Assembly: GCF_000711695.1 (NCBI RefSeq)
Contig: NW_013547019.1
Span: forward strand, 1 to 64,000
Length of the DNA stretch: 64,000 bases
Reading direction: 5' to 3'
Origin: Tilletiaria anomala UBC 951
Lineage: Eukaryota
Shown: piece after piece, positions 48,824-61,334 of the stretch
How positions within the stretch are numbered: the first letter of the stretch is position 1
How the letters are laid out: each line of letters starts with the position of its first letter
Translations under genes and position numbers: made by a program
The notes under the pieces: model-generated
The model's input: only the letters and a program-made list of their open reading frames with translations
Told to the model about the DNA's origin: nothing
Databases searched by the model: none

Positions 48824-49239
48824 TGCGGACCTTTTGGTGGTGACACGCAAGGGAGGTCTTTCGCAATAGCTCGTAAAATACGGTGACGCCCAAATGCATG
48901 CATGTATATGCATTGTCTTTTTTTTCTTTGCTGGGTATCAAGGGCAGATGCAGGACGCGCTATTGTACGAGCACAAGTATGTAACCCCCCCCCCGGATTT
49001 CATTCTTTGTCCTTTTTAGTAACCGCGCATGTATTGCATATCACTTTGAGACCTCTACAGACGGCATCCGCACGCCTATTCATGCTTGAACGAGATCAAA
49101 TAGAGAATGAAGAGCGATGTCGAAGGAAAACCGAATTCGAGTCTATTTATACATGGTACCAAATTTCTTGCGGGCATAGAGAGAAATGGTACGCCACGCT
49201 CCGGCGAAGGTAGGCGAGGTCTGAAGCGAGGGAGAGAGA

Positions 49240-50127
49240 CTAGGCGGATGTCGCCTGTTTGGGAGCGCCTCCGAGCGCCTTTTCTCGCCCACCAAAGTAA
49301 TGGTAGTTCTGGAGGGGGAGCAGAGGTCGATTGACCATCAGTTCGACGTTTTCTCCTTGCATTAGCCGCCGCGGTCGGGTTCGGCATTTCTAGCACGACC
49401 GTAGACACCTGACAGAGAGGCCAAAGGCGTGATCACTCACGCAGAATCGGAAGAGCTGTCCTGTTTGGGCAGTAGCGTTGGTCAAGTGGCAGGCAAAAAG
49501 AAGGTAATTCCGCGGTTGTACTCTCCATGCAAAGCGCATGAATACCGTGCTGGGCAAGCGAAGTGAAAGGTAGAAGAGCGAAGAACCGATGCAAGTGGTG
49601 CGGGTTGCAAAGTAATAGCAGAATGGCAAAGGAAAAGAGACAGAGCCAGTCAGCCGGTTCAAGAAGCGAGCATTGGGGACATCGAGTAGACTAACGAGTA
49701 CAGCGCCATAGCGGTGGTCATGGACCCTGAGATGATCTCTTCATCCTTCTTGAGATCCGCAAGTGCTGCGAGCGGCAAACCCCAGTTTGCGACTGGAGGT
49801 CCGGTCAATGCAAAAGAGGCGAATAAGAGGAAAAGAGTGTGGATATGGTCAATTTCTCGCAGCTCGTCTGGATGTTGACAACTGATGGTTCGGCGGCTTC
49901 GCTCACCTGGGCCCCAGAAGTGTGTCGACTACAAATAGTATACGAGAGGCACGCGGAACGAGGATCGTGATGCAATGCAAGGCAGAGAAAGGAGAGCAGA
50001 TCATTAGCAAAAGCGAAGCAGGCAAGAAAGCAGCACCTTCGAAGCAAAGGCATGTTCACACCCAACTCACAAAAAAGTACTCTCGCGCCGCAGGGCTCCG
50101 CAGCCAGGCAGTGAATTGAGAAGCCAT
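49240..50127 (-). CDS. MPC1: Mitochondrial pyruvate carrier subunit 1 (5 exons, 117 aa)
   Basis: Exons 50127-50071, 49928-49907, 49792-49696, 49549-49441 and 49308-49240 splice to [87 protein letters not shown]...*. Confidence 0.96.
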
Positions 50128-50648
50128 GATGGGGAATTGGACTCCGATAACTTTGGATGTCCAGCACGTTTGAGCGACGAGAAAAGGTGTCGATGGTGGA
50201 TCAGCACTGTCTGGGACGGAGGAGGAGAGAAGGACATTCGGTTGGAGGATGATGCTGTGGTTTGATGCACTGATGGTTCAAAGACGGAGGCGGATCTCAT
50301 CCTCAATCTCTATCTCTTTGCAAGTGTTGGGGAAGGTGCGCAACCCTAAGCATACAAACCCTAAGTGAATGAGAGTCAGGCTATCCTCAGCAGTCCTGCT
50401 TTGTAGTTCCTGTTTGCATTTCTCGCTCCACCTTTTATGTGCTTCTCGCTTCTTGTCGACAGCAGCTCGGCGACCAGTGATTAGCGACAAAGAAGCCCCA
50501 GGAGCCAGAGGCCACTCAGTCCATCGTACCTGCACAAGAAGCGCTGCTGAAGTTGGCTGATTGTGAAGCCTGCTCCGCGCTTTCATTGGGCCTACGGGAA
50601 GCTCGGTCTACCCCAGCGTTAGCAGCCTAGTCACGGGGCAAGAGCATT

Positions 50649-51371
50649 ATGGAGACGTACAGCTTCCCGCACATGCCCGAGGCGCTTCAAGATGTGCATA
50701 TTGCGCTCTTCCGCTCCATCACCTGCGGCGCAAAGCTGCGCCAGCGGTTGATCTCCGCTGCGGCCATGCCGGCAGACGCTGCAGGCGACGCGGAGAGAGA
50801 AGCTGTCAATTTTGCCTTCATCGACGCGGCAATGATCCTCAGCTTGCAGCAGCTTCTGACTGCTGTCCACCAGGCGCTGCTGATCGCTTCGCGCGGCTCG
50901 GCCAGCGAGGGAGTGCAGGGTGGGATGCGCACAGCAAGTATCCATGGCGAGATCATCTTTGCTTTGCATCCCGCAAACAATGTGAGAGCGCCTGGGTTTA
51001 GGCATTTTGAGCATCGATTCTCTAATTCTTTTCGGTTTACTTTGTCATCTCTGCAGATCGGTGAAGCACTGCGAAATTTTGGCGTAGGCCCGCAGACGAA
51101 AGACCTGCTCATCATTCGCGTTTCGGCGAGTGAATCAACAAGCGGCAGTACATTCAAGAAGTCCTTACTCGAGCAGATGGTATCCCTCGCACAACAGAAG
51201 CCCGATACGCAAGGTCTTGTGCAAAGTCTATCGGCGAATACCGATGTCGACAAGATACGAAAGGCATACAAACTGAGCAACACTAGCCTCGGGGCCGAAG
51301 TCAAGGGTTCAGACTCGGCGCTAGAGGAATTGGTGGTCTCTACGATCGCAATGAAAAGCGTCGCGGGCTGA
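50649..51371 (+). CDS. CGI121: KEOPS/EKC subunit Cgi121 (2 exons)
   Basis: FAFIDAAMILSLQQLLTAV...MRTASIHGEIIFALHPANN|IGEALRNFGV...TDVDKIRKAYKL...IAMKSV. Confidence 0.92.
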   Translation: METYSFPHMPEALQDVHIALFRSITCGAKLRQRLISAAAMPADAAGDAEREAVNFAFIDAAMILSLQQLLTAVHQALLIASRGSASEGVQGGMRTASIHGEIIFALHPANNVRAPGFRHFEHRFSNSFRFTLSSLQIGEALRNFGVGPQTKDLLIIRVSASESTSGSTFKKSLLEQMVSLAQQKPDTQGLVQSLSANTDVDKIRKAYKLSNTSLGAEVKGSDSALEELVVSTIAMKSVAG

Positions 51372-51461
51372 TCCAGATCCAATGCACATTTCTCAGCTTC
51401 TCATGCTATCCCCGAAAGTACTATCATTGCGAGGATCGCACTAGCACTCTCTGGGGATACA

Positions 51462-53209
51462 TCAGCTGTATGTCTCAGCCAGTCTCTTTTCGAGGTAGTC
51501 TCCAGAAGCTGCAAACGGCAAGGCGCACATGTGTCAGCTCTCCTGCAATCACAGCCCAGCATTCACATTCTCCAGCACGCTTGTGATAATGACTCACTGA
51601 CGGCATCATACCGCTTTGGCCTCTTCTCATCAAAGCACGTCGGCAGGCACTCAACCAGCTGGTGCTCATTGGGATTGCAGAAATATGCGATCGAGTAGCG
51701 CGTCGGCGTCATGCTGGTCGATGACTGCGCATGCGGAGCGACAACGCGGTGCAGAGTGGAGCGGAGCGTGTCATTTGACCATCTGCAGGCACCGGCCGAA
51801 GGCCGATACAACGAAGGATGCAGTGCGCGAAACCAAAGCAGTGTCAGCGAAGGAAGCGCATTCGTGCGCCCTACGGCGCAACGACCCACCGAGCAAGGAG
51901 ATCGCCTACATTGATGACAATCGTATCGTCGATAGGTTTGGCAGGGATGTAGGTGCCGGTATTCGGGTTCTGTACCTCCAGGCCGCCAACCTTGTCTCTG
52001 AATGCACAATAGCTCGTTCATAAATGCAAATTGGGCATACCAATGCTTTTACAACTCACTGAAACAGCAGCGTGATGGAGCCGTAGTCGCTGTGATCGCC
52101 CGCTCTGCTGCCACCCCCTTCCAGCGCTTTTGCAGGGACAGAAGGATAGTGCAGCAGACGGAGCGTGTGCCACTCTTCGTTACACTTGTCGTCGAAAAAG
52201 CTTTCCGACAGCCCCAGGCCGATCGCCAGCGCACGCATGATTTGCAGATGCAGCTCGTGGGCTGTATGACGGAAATCGAGCATTGTACGTCGATATCCGG
52301 GTAAAGCGGCCTCCTGCGGCCACTCGTTGCGCCAGACTGGGTCATCCTCCTTACCGATTTCCATGCTCTCCTTGCAATCGGGCGTCTGGGCACGCAAGGC
52401 GGCGATCTCCTCGGCTGATGTGGCTTGCGTCACGCGCTCTCGACCTTCGGCGACGTAGCCTCTGTTCGCTCTTGGATCTGCATCGAAGACAAGAGGTACC
52501 TCCCATGGAATTAGCGGTCGTTGCGAAGGTATAGAAACTCGTTGTGGTCAGCTCGGCGCACCTTTCCAAGCAAGACTGTTCTTAACATCGAGCGGCAACT
52601 TGAAGAAGTCAACAGACTGTCCTAGGAGAGGTAATATTTAGCGGACACATTCCAGCTAGTCAGAGCGGATAAGCTTATACCTCACCGCTTTGAATGTCTT
52701 CGCAATCTGCCCGGAAGAGATACCATGACCTTTGAGATAGACGAAGCCACTGCCATGTCATTTCAGAACAGTGGGGATAGGACACATGTTAGCGGGTCCT
52801 TTTCGATTCAGCGGCCTGGTTTGCCCACTCACCTTGCCTTGAAAGCCTGAGTCAACTGATCCGCGACCTGGACCTTGTCGAGGATATTCTGCGGTTGCAA
52901 GAAGTTGGCAAAGTCGATGATCGGGATCTGGAACTGAGCATCGGAATGCGCGGGTACCTGCGCCTCTGCAGGTGGTGTTGGTGGTTGAGTACCGACTGGG
53001 GTATCTGTGCCTGATGCGTGCTTCACGATGGAAGCAGAGGTGGTGGAGGTAGAGCTGGGTACGATCGAGCGAAGTGGGGAGGTGCTCAGCTTTTGCAATG
53101 GTCGTGGTTGGAACAAATGTTCCACGCAGCGCACTTTGCTCGCTTGAGATACGACAGGAGAGCTTACGGCTGCACGCCGCAGTGGGACCCCGACACGAAC
53201 AGTCATCAT
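51462..53209 (-). CDS. Fe(II)/2-oxoglutarate dioxygenase, thymine-7-hydroxylase-like (7 exons)
   Basis: IPIIDFANFL...GFVYLKGHG...FFKLP...ANRGY...GRERVTQ...PDCKESMEIG...LRLLHYP...RAGDHSDYGSITLLFQD...GDLLARWSNDTLRSTLHRVV...RYSIAYFCNPN...SGDYLEKRLAETYS*. HxD..H triad and RxS motif present; closely follows the Neurospora T7H sequence as I recall it. Confidence 0.85.
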
Positions 53210-53785
53210 TGTGGACGGGTTGACTTGCGATGGGTTGGCCTGCCACAGGTGTCTCTGGACCGACTGGACTTCCAGTTGCAGGTAGAAAAATGCGGGCTTG
53301 CACTAAAAGACGTAGGGTCAGGTGCCCGCGCCGATGGATTGTGTGCTTGAATTGAAGATTGAACGAAGGAGGATAGAGGTAGTGAGGAGACACAAGATAT
53401 GGACGTTTTGGAAGATGCTATGTCATTGATTGCGCCAGTGTCCCCCGCATGGTGTCAAGCGCTATCTTATCTTCCATGATTTGTCTCGTTCATTTCGCAG
53501 TTTAAAGTTTCCCCCAACGCCAATCACAAAATGGACGAGACAGCTCTACTTCCGGCCTTAAGCAAACCTAGAAAGCATGCTTACAACAGCGTATTTCGAG
53601 AGGATCAGTACACGCCAATCAAATACCATTCGAGCCAAGAGGGAGCATATGGATCACAGACGAAAATCTTGACCGCGGCGAGATAGTTGCTTTGAGGTGA
53701 GCATACACCTGCATGAGATGAGACGTTGCGTGTAAGTTTGACTGCATCAGCGCTTCGCCGGCCCGTCGCAGCATCTGCCTCCAAG

Positions 53786-55922
53786 ATGAGAGCAAGACTT
53801 CTACATGCCAGCCCGCCCAGATATTCTGCCTCCTCCTTCACAAAATGTGACCGGCTGCATCTAGCAACCGCTTTCCTTTCGCCTCCCCGCCTACGACCAG
53901 GACATCGAACAGAGCCCACGCTGAATCCTGCTCCGATAGCATTTCTTCGCACCGTCGCGGTCCGAAATTATGGCTGCAGCCGCGCAATCTCGACAAAGCC
54001 GTGTACACCAGAGGCTTATCCGTGGATTGAAGGAAAAGAGCACCAAGATGCTTCAACAGATACAATGCCGATCGAAAACCCTGCAAATGGAACAGCCCTA
54101 TCCAGGTTCGTTGAAAGATCCACTTGTTTCACACACTTTTTGCCTGGGCTTATGATTCCATCGGACGGGCGCAAAGGCTGCACATTCCATCTCCTGCTCA
54201 GCTGGATCACGCTTTACATACCGCACAACAGGCATTCTTGACGTCTCGCTCCACCCCGTGGTCTTCAGCGCACGTCCGCTCGGCTGTCCTGCATCGCCTC
54301 TCCGTCCTTCTCTCCGCCCAAGCGTCGCAGCTCGCAGAGGTAGAGACGCTGCAGACGGGCCGGTGCATTCGCGAAATGAAGACCCAGCTGTCGAGGGTTG
54401 GCGAGTGGTTCGAATACTACGCAGCGCTCATCCGCACGCTGGAAGGCAGGACCATGCCGGTTAAGGGGGATATGCTTAATACCATCGAGCGGCAGCCGCT
54501 CGGTGTGGTACTACAAGTTATACCATTCAACCACCGTGAGTGCTCCTAAACGCATTTCAGACCCAACCTGGGCTGAAGACGTCCGTCAAAATTCGCTACA
54601 GCTCTGCTTATCGCTGTCAAGAAGATATCAGTAGCACTAGCGGCAGGAAACAGCGTGATTGTCAAAGCGTCCGAGCTGGCACCGCTGACGGTACTCACGC
54701 TTGGTGCACTAGCACGCGAGGCGGGAGTGCCTGATGGCCTGCTCACCATCCTCCCCGGCCCCGGAGCGCCTATCTGCAACCATCTGCTCTCGCACCCATC
54801 GTCAGTCGTGCGCAAGATCGACCTCACGGGGGGAACGGCAACAGGGCGCGTCTTGGGCCGCAAAGCCGGCGAGCTGCTCATCCCTTACACGGCTGAGTTG
54901 GGCGGCAAGGCGCCCTTGGTTGTGTTTGATGACGTGCCGGACGTGCAGAGCGCCGTGGCGGGGGCCAGCTTTGCGTCATTTGTCGCTAGCGGCCAAACAT
55001 GCGTCTCGGCGACGCGTGTACTCGTGCAGCAAGATGTATATGACCAGTTTGTCGCGAGCTTTATCGAGCGCGCGCAGAGTATTGAGCGACGGATGGGCGA
55101 TCGTGAGTCTCTTTCCGCCTATCACGGTCCTGTAAGACTGTTTACAATCTCCCATCCTTACGCTCCTCTCTCTTATACTAGCATCTGAACCATGCACGAG
55201 CATGGGCTCCCTCATCTCGCGAGCCCACATGAACAAGGTGCATGGCTTTGTACACCGTGCAATCGAGAGTGACGGATTCAGGGTGCTTGCGGGCGGGGCG
55301 CCCAAGACAGAGTTCAGCGCGACATCATATGACTTTGCAAAAGGCGCATTCTACCCACCGACGCTGCTCACCCTGGCTCGAGATGCGGCTGATATTGGGA
55401 CAGCGAACGAAATGAGGCTGCGCGCAAGTGAGATTTGGAAGGGAGAGGTATTCGGGCCCGTCGTGCTGCTGTGTCCCTTTCGAGACGAAGAGCACGCGGT
55501 CGAGCTGGCGAATGACTGTCAGTACGGTCTCGGTGCGAGCATCTGGACTGAAAGTGTGCGTCTCGTCAAGGATTGCACTTCGCTTTTGGCTTAAAATTAA
55601 TTCGCTCGTCATTGACATGTCCTCCCCGAAATTGCAGCTCTCTCGTGCCCACCGTGTCTCCAAGCGCCTCGCAAACGGCGTAGTATGGGTCAATGGCCAC
55701 CACCGCAACGACCCATCTTCCATCTGGGGGGGCTTCATCGCAACAAGCAACGGCAGCGTGTTCTCTGCTTCGGGGCTCGGCAGGGAGAACGGCCTAGAGG
55801 CGCTGCATGCGTACACGCAGAGCAAGAGTATCACGTTCAATCTTGCTAGCGCACAGGAGCGCAGGGCCAACGAGGATTGGTTCGCAGAGACCGTAGAAGG
55901 CAGACAGCTGCGTTATGGCTAA
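53786..55922 (+). CDS. Aldehyde dehydrogenase (5 exons) with a presequence-like N-terminus
   Basis: IENPANG, PLGVVLQVIPFNHP, VKASE, DLTGGTATG, AELGGK, ASGQTCV (catalytic Cys), EVFGPV, YGLGAS, GVVWVN, SGLGRENG. Start codon uncertain. Confidence 0.92.
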
Positions 55923-55965
55923 TACATGCGACAGCAAGAAGCGCAGACGTGTCCTCCCCGTAAGG

Positions 55966-57970
55966 TCAATCATCACCGATATCATCGTATGTGTCGTACG
56001 GCTCTTCCTCAGCTGCGCTTGAAGATGCGCCGCCAGTGCCGGTTTCGCCCTTAGTAACATTGCTCTCGTCGAAATCGACGGCAGCGCCCCCACCTTCCTC
56101 GCCTGTTGCCTCCAACGCAATGTCCATTTTGCCATCGTCCCGATTGCCATGCTGCCCGGCACCACTGTCATTGGCGGCACCCTTGTGCTTGGCGCCGCCT
56201 TTACCGTTACCGCCCTTCCTGCGCAGGGCACCACTCAAGGAGCCAGGCCCAAAGTCGCCGCGGGCGGCGCCCTCGGCAAGCCACTCGTCAAAGTACCTGC
56301 ACTCTTCTGCGTTCGTTGGGCCGTCCTTGGTGCAGAAGTCAAAGACGGGGCAGTGGCCGCAGGGGACCTGGGTCCATGCGAGCGGCATCGAGGAGATCTT
56401 GCGGATCGAGCGGTAGACGAACGTTGATCCCTCCATCTTTGCCATGCGCGTCCGCTCGTCCTCTGCGATCGAATCGTCGCCCGTGCCCGAATCCGAGCCA
56501 GTGTCCGCTTCATCTGACTCTGAGTCGCTGCGAGATTGCTCAGACTCGCTGTCGTTGGTGCCAGAGCTATCAGAACTGGAAGCGGACGAGTCGGCTCTTC
56601 TTCTCTTGCCTTTGCCCTTGCTGCTCGAGGACCCCTTGGCTGTTTTCTGCTTCTTCTTCGAGGAGCTCGTGCTCTCGTCGCCGCTGCGCTTCCGCTTCGC
56701 AGCACTCTCGAGCGTCTCGCCAATGTCAGGCAGATCGTCATCATCGCTTTCGCCCAAGGCCGCGTTCAGCTCTTCTTCTATGGTCTGGCGCTTTTTGCTC
56801 TTCTTTTTGCCATTCTTGCTGCTGTGGCGAGAGCTTCGCTTGCCTTGCTCGTCTTCGTCTTCATCATTACTTCTCTCAGACCCGCCCTCCGACTCGGAGC
56901 TAGAGTCCGACCTGTCTTCGCGCCGTGACTTGTGACTGCTTTCCTTGCGCTTCGACCGCTTGCTACTGCTAGACTTTGACGTGCTCCTTCCTTTGCCTTT
57001 GCTCTTGCTGCTCCTTCTTCTGTTCTTCTCCTCATCACTGACGTCATCCCTTGCTACTACACGATCGTGGCTTAGCATGGGGAACTTCTCCACCTTGCCG
57101 TCAAAGATGAGGACATTGAGAATCTGCATAACGTGCTCGATCTCAAGGTCTGCATTGATGACCTTGCTGCGCCTGATGTGCTGCAAGATATCCGCTGCCG
57201 TCGGAAGCCGCGCAGCGGCATATGACGTGAGGAAGACCATGTCGGGTGGCTTCGAGGAGGAGGAAGAGGAAGGCGCCGGCCAGGTGCAAGATATGATGTA
57301 GTGCTCGCAGATGGAGCAGAGCAAGCGGATGAACTCCGTGTCGAGCTCTGTATCTGAGTACCATGGTCCACCAGAAATGTCCGATGAGGGTGTGAGCTCA
57401 TAGAGCATGTAGATCTTCCTGGTCGGATGCTGCGTGAGAAGAGGGAGAATGTTGTCTCGTTATAAGTACGGCTGTACGTCTTTGCAGAGGCAGAGTCATG
57501 CACACCTTGACACTCTTCACGGTCTTGATGATCCGTTGGTTCTCCAGCACTTTCAAGCACTTGTTTGCCACGGTCTGATGGAGCTTTGTGCGGTCTTTGA
57601 TGTGTTTGCTCCAGATACCCTCGTTGCCCGAATCTCTGATGGCGTTGTACACCAGCTGCTCATCCGAGTCAAGTCTTCCGACGATCGCAGCCTGCTGCTT
57701 GGACACAGCCACCCAGCGAGCGGTCGCACCGACCCTTTCTGTCTTGAGCAAGTTTTTGGCAAGCAGCTCGTTGATGGCATGCATCTGCTCTTGCAGGTCG
57801 AACTCGCCAAAGTGATCCTTGAGCTCGTCGGAGGTGACATGGCCGCCTTCAAGCTTGGAGATGACATTGTAAAAGTGTGCCTCGGTGGATGACAGCTTGC
57901 CGTCCTTGTTTGACTTGGATTTGGACGCGGAGGCCCCTCCGCCGCGCGTGCTGGTGCTCGCCGCGGGCAT
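55966..57970 (-). CDS. RPC34: RNA polymerase III subunit C34/RPC6 (2 exons)
   Basis: SGNEGIWSKHIK...CLKVLE...IKTVKSVK|HPTRKIYMLYELTPS..ISGGPWYSDTELDTEF; C-terminal VPCGHCPVFDFC...AEECRYFDEW. Confidence 0.94.
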
Positions 57971-58756
57971 GTTGGGCTGTGGTATCTATGTGTTGGTGTT
58001 CCGGCCAAGCGCAGGGTGGTTCGAGATGGTTCAGCCAAGCCGGCCTCCTATAGTTGCGTTCGAATGCATCTCCCCAGGTGCGACAGTCTCCAACGTGCAG
58101 AGGAGCACGCACGCTGAGTTCTTGTCGAAGAAGCGATGCTGGACCATCAACTACTTGCGAATTGCGAATTGACAATGAAGAGGTCCAGAGAGGCGTATGG
58201 TTATTTGATGAGATCCTGCGGACGAAAAGGCTGAGACTGCGAGTTCCGCAATCCGTGTTCCGCAACCCTGGAGCCCAAGGTCACAGCCCTACTATGTTCG
58301 ATTGGACTGGCAACATGACATTTGATGGTGAAATAACCCTATTTCCGACAAGTCCGCCAACACCCGCTGCTGCCCCATATCTTCGCTCTCACGTGGGGAC
58401 GTTGCTGCAGCTGACTGGCACGCGATCGGCCCCGAGCGGCACTCTCGATCCGGCGCGTCTTAACAACCCCCCCCCCGCTAACCTCCCCTGGTCTCGCTTG
58501 GTGTCGCTCTCTCGCACTCTAGCAAGCACTCTCGCGTTGTACGTCTCGTCAACATCGCACCCCTCGCTCTAGAGGAAGGAAGTACATTCAGCCCTGAGCC
58601 TGTTGCCTAACACAGCACCGCCTCCTCTTGGAACGCGAGCAGGGCTGCGGGAACGTCTCCATCGCGAAGCGCGCAGGAAGCGCTTGAGGAGCATTGACGG
58701 TCCGGAGGACCTTGACCGTTGACCAGACAGACAGACTGCTATTTCGACGTTTCACA

Positions 58757-61195
58757 ATGCCGGTCCACTCGCGCCTGCGTCCATTGTTGGACAACCTCAA
58801 GGAAAAGGCCATGGGCTACGGGATTCGCGGCGCCATGGCCTACTCTCGCAACTACGACAATATCCAACGCTTCTGGCGAATCGCATTCATCGCCTTCGTC
58901 TTTCACAACACTTACTCGGGCTTCCGGCCCAAACCCAAGAAGATCAACAAGGGGAAGGCAGGTGGCGCACAGGATCGGAAACGGAGATCTGCGGGAGATA
59001 CTTCGCAGCTGGCGCTGCAGGCAGAGGAAAAGGAGGGCATGTCTGCCTCCTCGGGGCGAGGGGGCAGGAAGGGGAAGAGCAATGGCAAAGCACAGCGTGT
59101 TGCCGTCGATGCAGTTTTCTTTGAGCGGCTGGGGCGCATCATGCGCATCGTCATTCCTTCTGCAAAGTCCAAGACGGCTCTTCTGCTGCTGCTGCACACA
59201 TTCTTCCTGGTCCTACGCACCATGCTGTCGCTCTACGTGGCTGATCTTGACGGTCGCATCGTTGCGGCGCTCGTGCGCGCCCGTCCGCGCGAGTTCCTCA
59301 AAGGCATCGCATGGTGGATGGCCGTCGCAGTACCTGCGACGTACACGAACAGCATGATCGAGTACCTCCAGTCCAAGATCGCATTGTCGTATCGCACAGC
59401 GCTGACTCGCGAAGTGCAAGGAAAGTACCTGACCGACATGACGTTCTACAAGCTCGGCAACTTGGACGACAGGATTAAAAACGCCGACCAACTCATCACG
59501 GTTGACGTGGCGAAATTCAGCAACAGCCTCGCAGAGATGTACAGCAATCTCGCCAAGCCCGTCTTGGACGTGTGCCTCTACTCGTTCCAGCTCTCGCGCA
59601 ACGTTGGCGGAGAGGCGCTGATCCTGATGACCATCCTGGTCAACGGCTCGGCAGTCTTGTTGCGCAAGCTGACCCCACCTTTCGGCCAGTACGCCGCACA
59701 GGAGCAGCAGCTTGAGGGAGAGTTCAGGTTCTACCACAGCCGCCTGATCGAGAATGCAGAAGAGATTGCCTTCTACCGCGGTCAGCACCACGAGCAGAAC
59801 GTCATCGAACGCGCTTACTTCAGCTTGATTAAGCACGTCAACCGTGTCTACCGCATTCGTATCGGGCACGGCATGGTCGAGGAGGGCATCATCAAGTGGC
59901 TGTGGGGTAGCATTGGACTCGTTGTCTGCGCCGTACCGGTCTTTGTCAAGTTCCCTGGTGTGGCAGGCAAGCGCGATGGCGGCAATCTCGGCTCGCGCAC
60001 GGAGTCCTTCGTCACCAACCGTCGCCTGCTACTTTCTAACTCGGACGCATTCGGGCGTATCATGTACTCGTACAAGGAGCTTTCAGAGCTGGCCGGCTAC
60101 ACCGCGCGTGTTTCGCAGCTGCTCGACACGATGGATGAGGTAAAAGCGGGCAAGTTCCAGAAGAAGCTCGTCAGCTCGGCCGGGACTGAATCCAATGCCG
60201 CTGTCCTTGCTGGCCGCGGCGAGATCGTCGAGGAGGCCGAGGTCAAGTTTGAGAACGTGCCAATCCTGACGCCAAACGGCGATGTGCTGCTCAAGAGCCT
60301 CAGCTTTGACGTCAAGGCAGGACAGCACCTCCTCATCCTCGGCCCCAACGGCTGCGGCAAGAGCTCGCTGTTCCGCATCCTCGGCGGCCTCTGGCCGGTC
60401 TATGGCGGCGTCGTGCACAAGCCACCTCCGAGCGACTTTACGTACATCCCTCAGCGTCCGTACCTCAGCCTCGGTACGCTGCGCGACCAAGTCATCTACC
60501 CACACACAGTCACTGAGATGCGCGCGCGGGGAAAGACTGACGAGGACCTGCTGCGCGTGCTTAGCGTGGTCCAGATCGAACACATCGTCGAGCGCGAGGG
60601 CGGATGGGACGTACAGCGCGAGTGGAGGGACGCGCTCAGCGGTGGCGACAAGCAGAGGATCGCCATGGCCAGGCTGTTCTACCACGCGCCCAAATACGCC
60701 ATTCTCGATGAGTGCACCAGTGCGGTCACCCTCGAGATTGAGAAGGGTGAGTGCAATAGGGGACTGGTGTGCTTTCACAAGCGTGGAATGATATTCACCC
60801 ATCATCTTCTTCCATCTTTAACTCCCGCACTTTGAAGTCATGTACGACTATGCGACGCAGCTTGGCATCACGATGATGACAGTTTCGCACCGCCCTTCGC
60901 TCTGGAAGTACCACACATGGGTCCTACAGTGAGTGCATCCTCCGCTCCAAGGCTGATTTTACTTCTTCTTTGCATCGTCGCGCTCACATCATTGTCTTCG
61001 CCATTCTCCAGATTCGACGGCCAAGGCAACTACGTCTTCACAGAGTTGGATGCAGACAAGCGCCTTGCGCTGCAGGAGGAGAAGCAAGCGCTCGAGCAGA
61101 AATTGCTCTCCGTGCCCAAGTGGGAGCAGCGCCTTGCAGCGCTCAAGCAGGCTGCTGCTGAACGCCCGCCGTCGCCTGTGCACACCAAGGCGTGA
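58757..61195 (+). CDS. PXA2: Peroxisomal ABCD half-transporter, Pxa2-like (3 exons)
   Basis: [19 protein letters not shown] motif [13 protein letters not shown], Walker [39 protein letters not shown]-terminal coiled tail [16 protein letters not shown]1 versus PXA2 is judged from the tail only. Confidence 0.9.
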
Positions 61196-61334
61196 GCCTG
61201 CCCAGGCTGGGATGAGCGATGCATATCTCGCTTCTTATGTAGTTTTACTGTCCATGCTTCTTCTCTCGCAAGCTTGTACCATTAGGAGCCTACGTAAATG
61301 TGAATTTGAGTTCATTATGATTGCAGTGAACGCT

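Noticed and set aside
58000..61000. Long antisense and alternate-frame ORFs over PXA2, with similar cases over RPC34, the bromodomain gene and the 46-48 kb gene
   Set aside because: Expected shadows of GC-rich codon usage; no protein motifs.
51371..61195. Cryptic peroxisomal isoforms via TGA-CTA readthrough, as known in Ustilago
   Set aside because: None of the stop contexts I checked is TGA CTA, and no SKL-like extension was seen.
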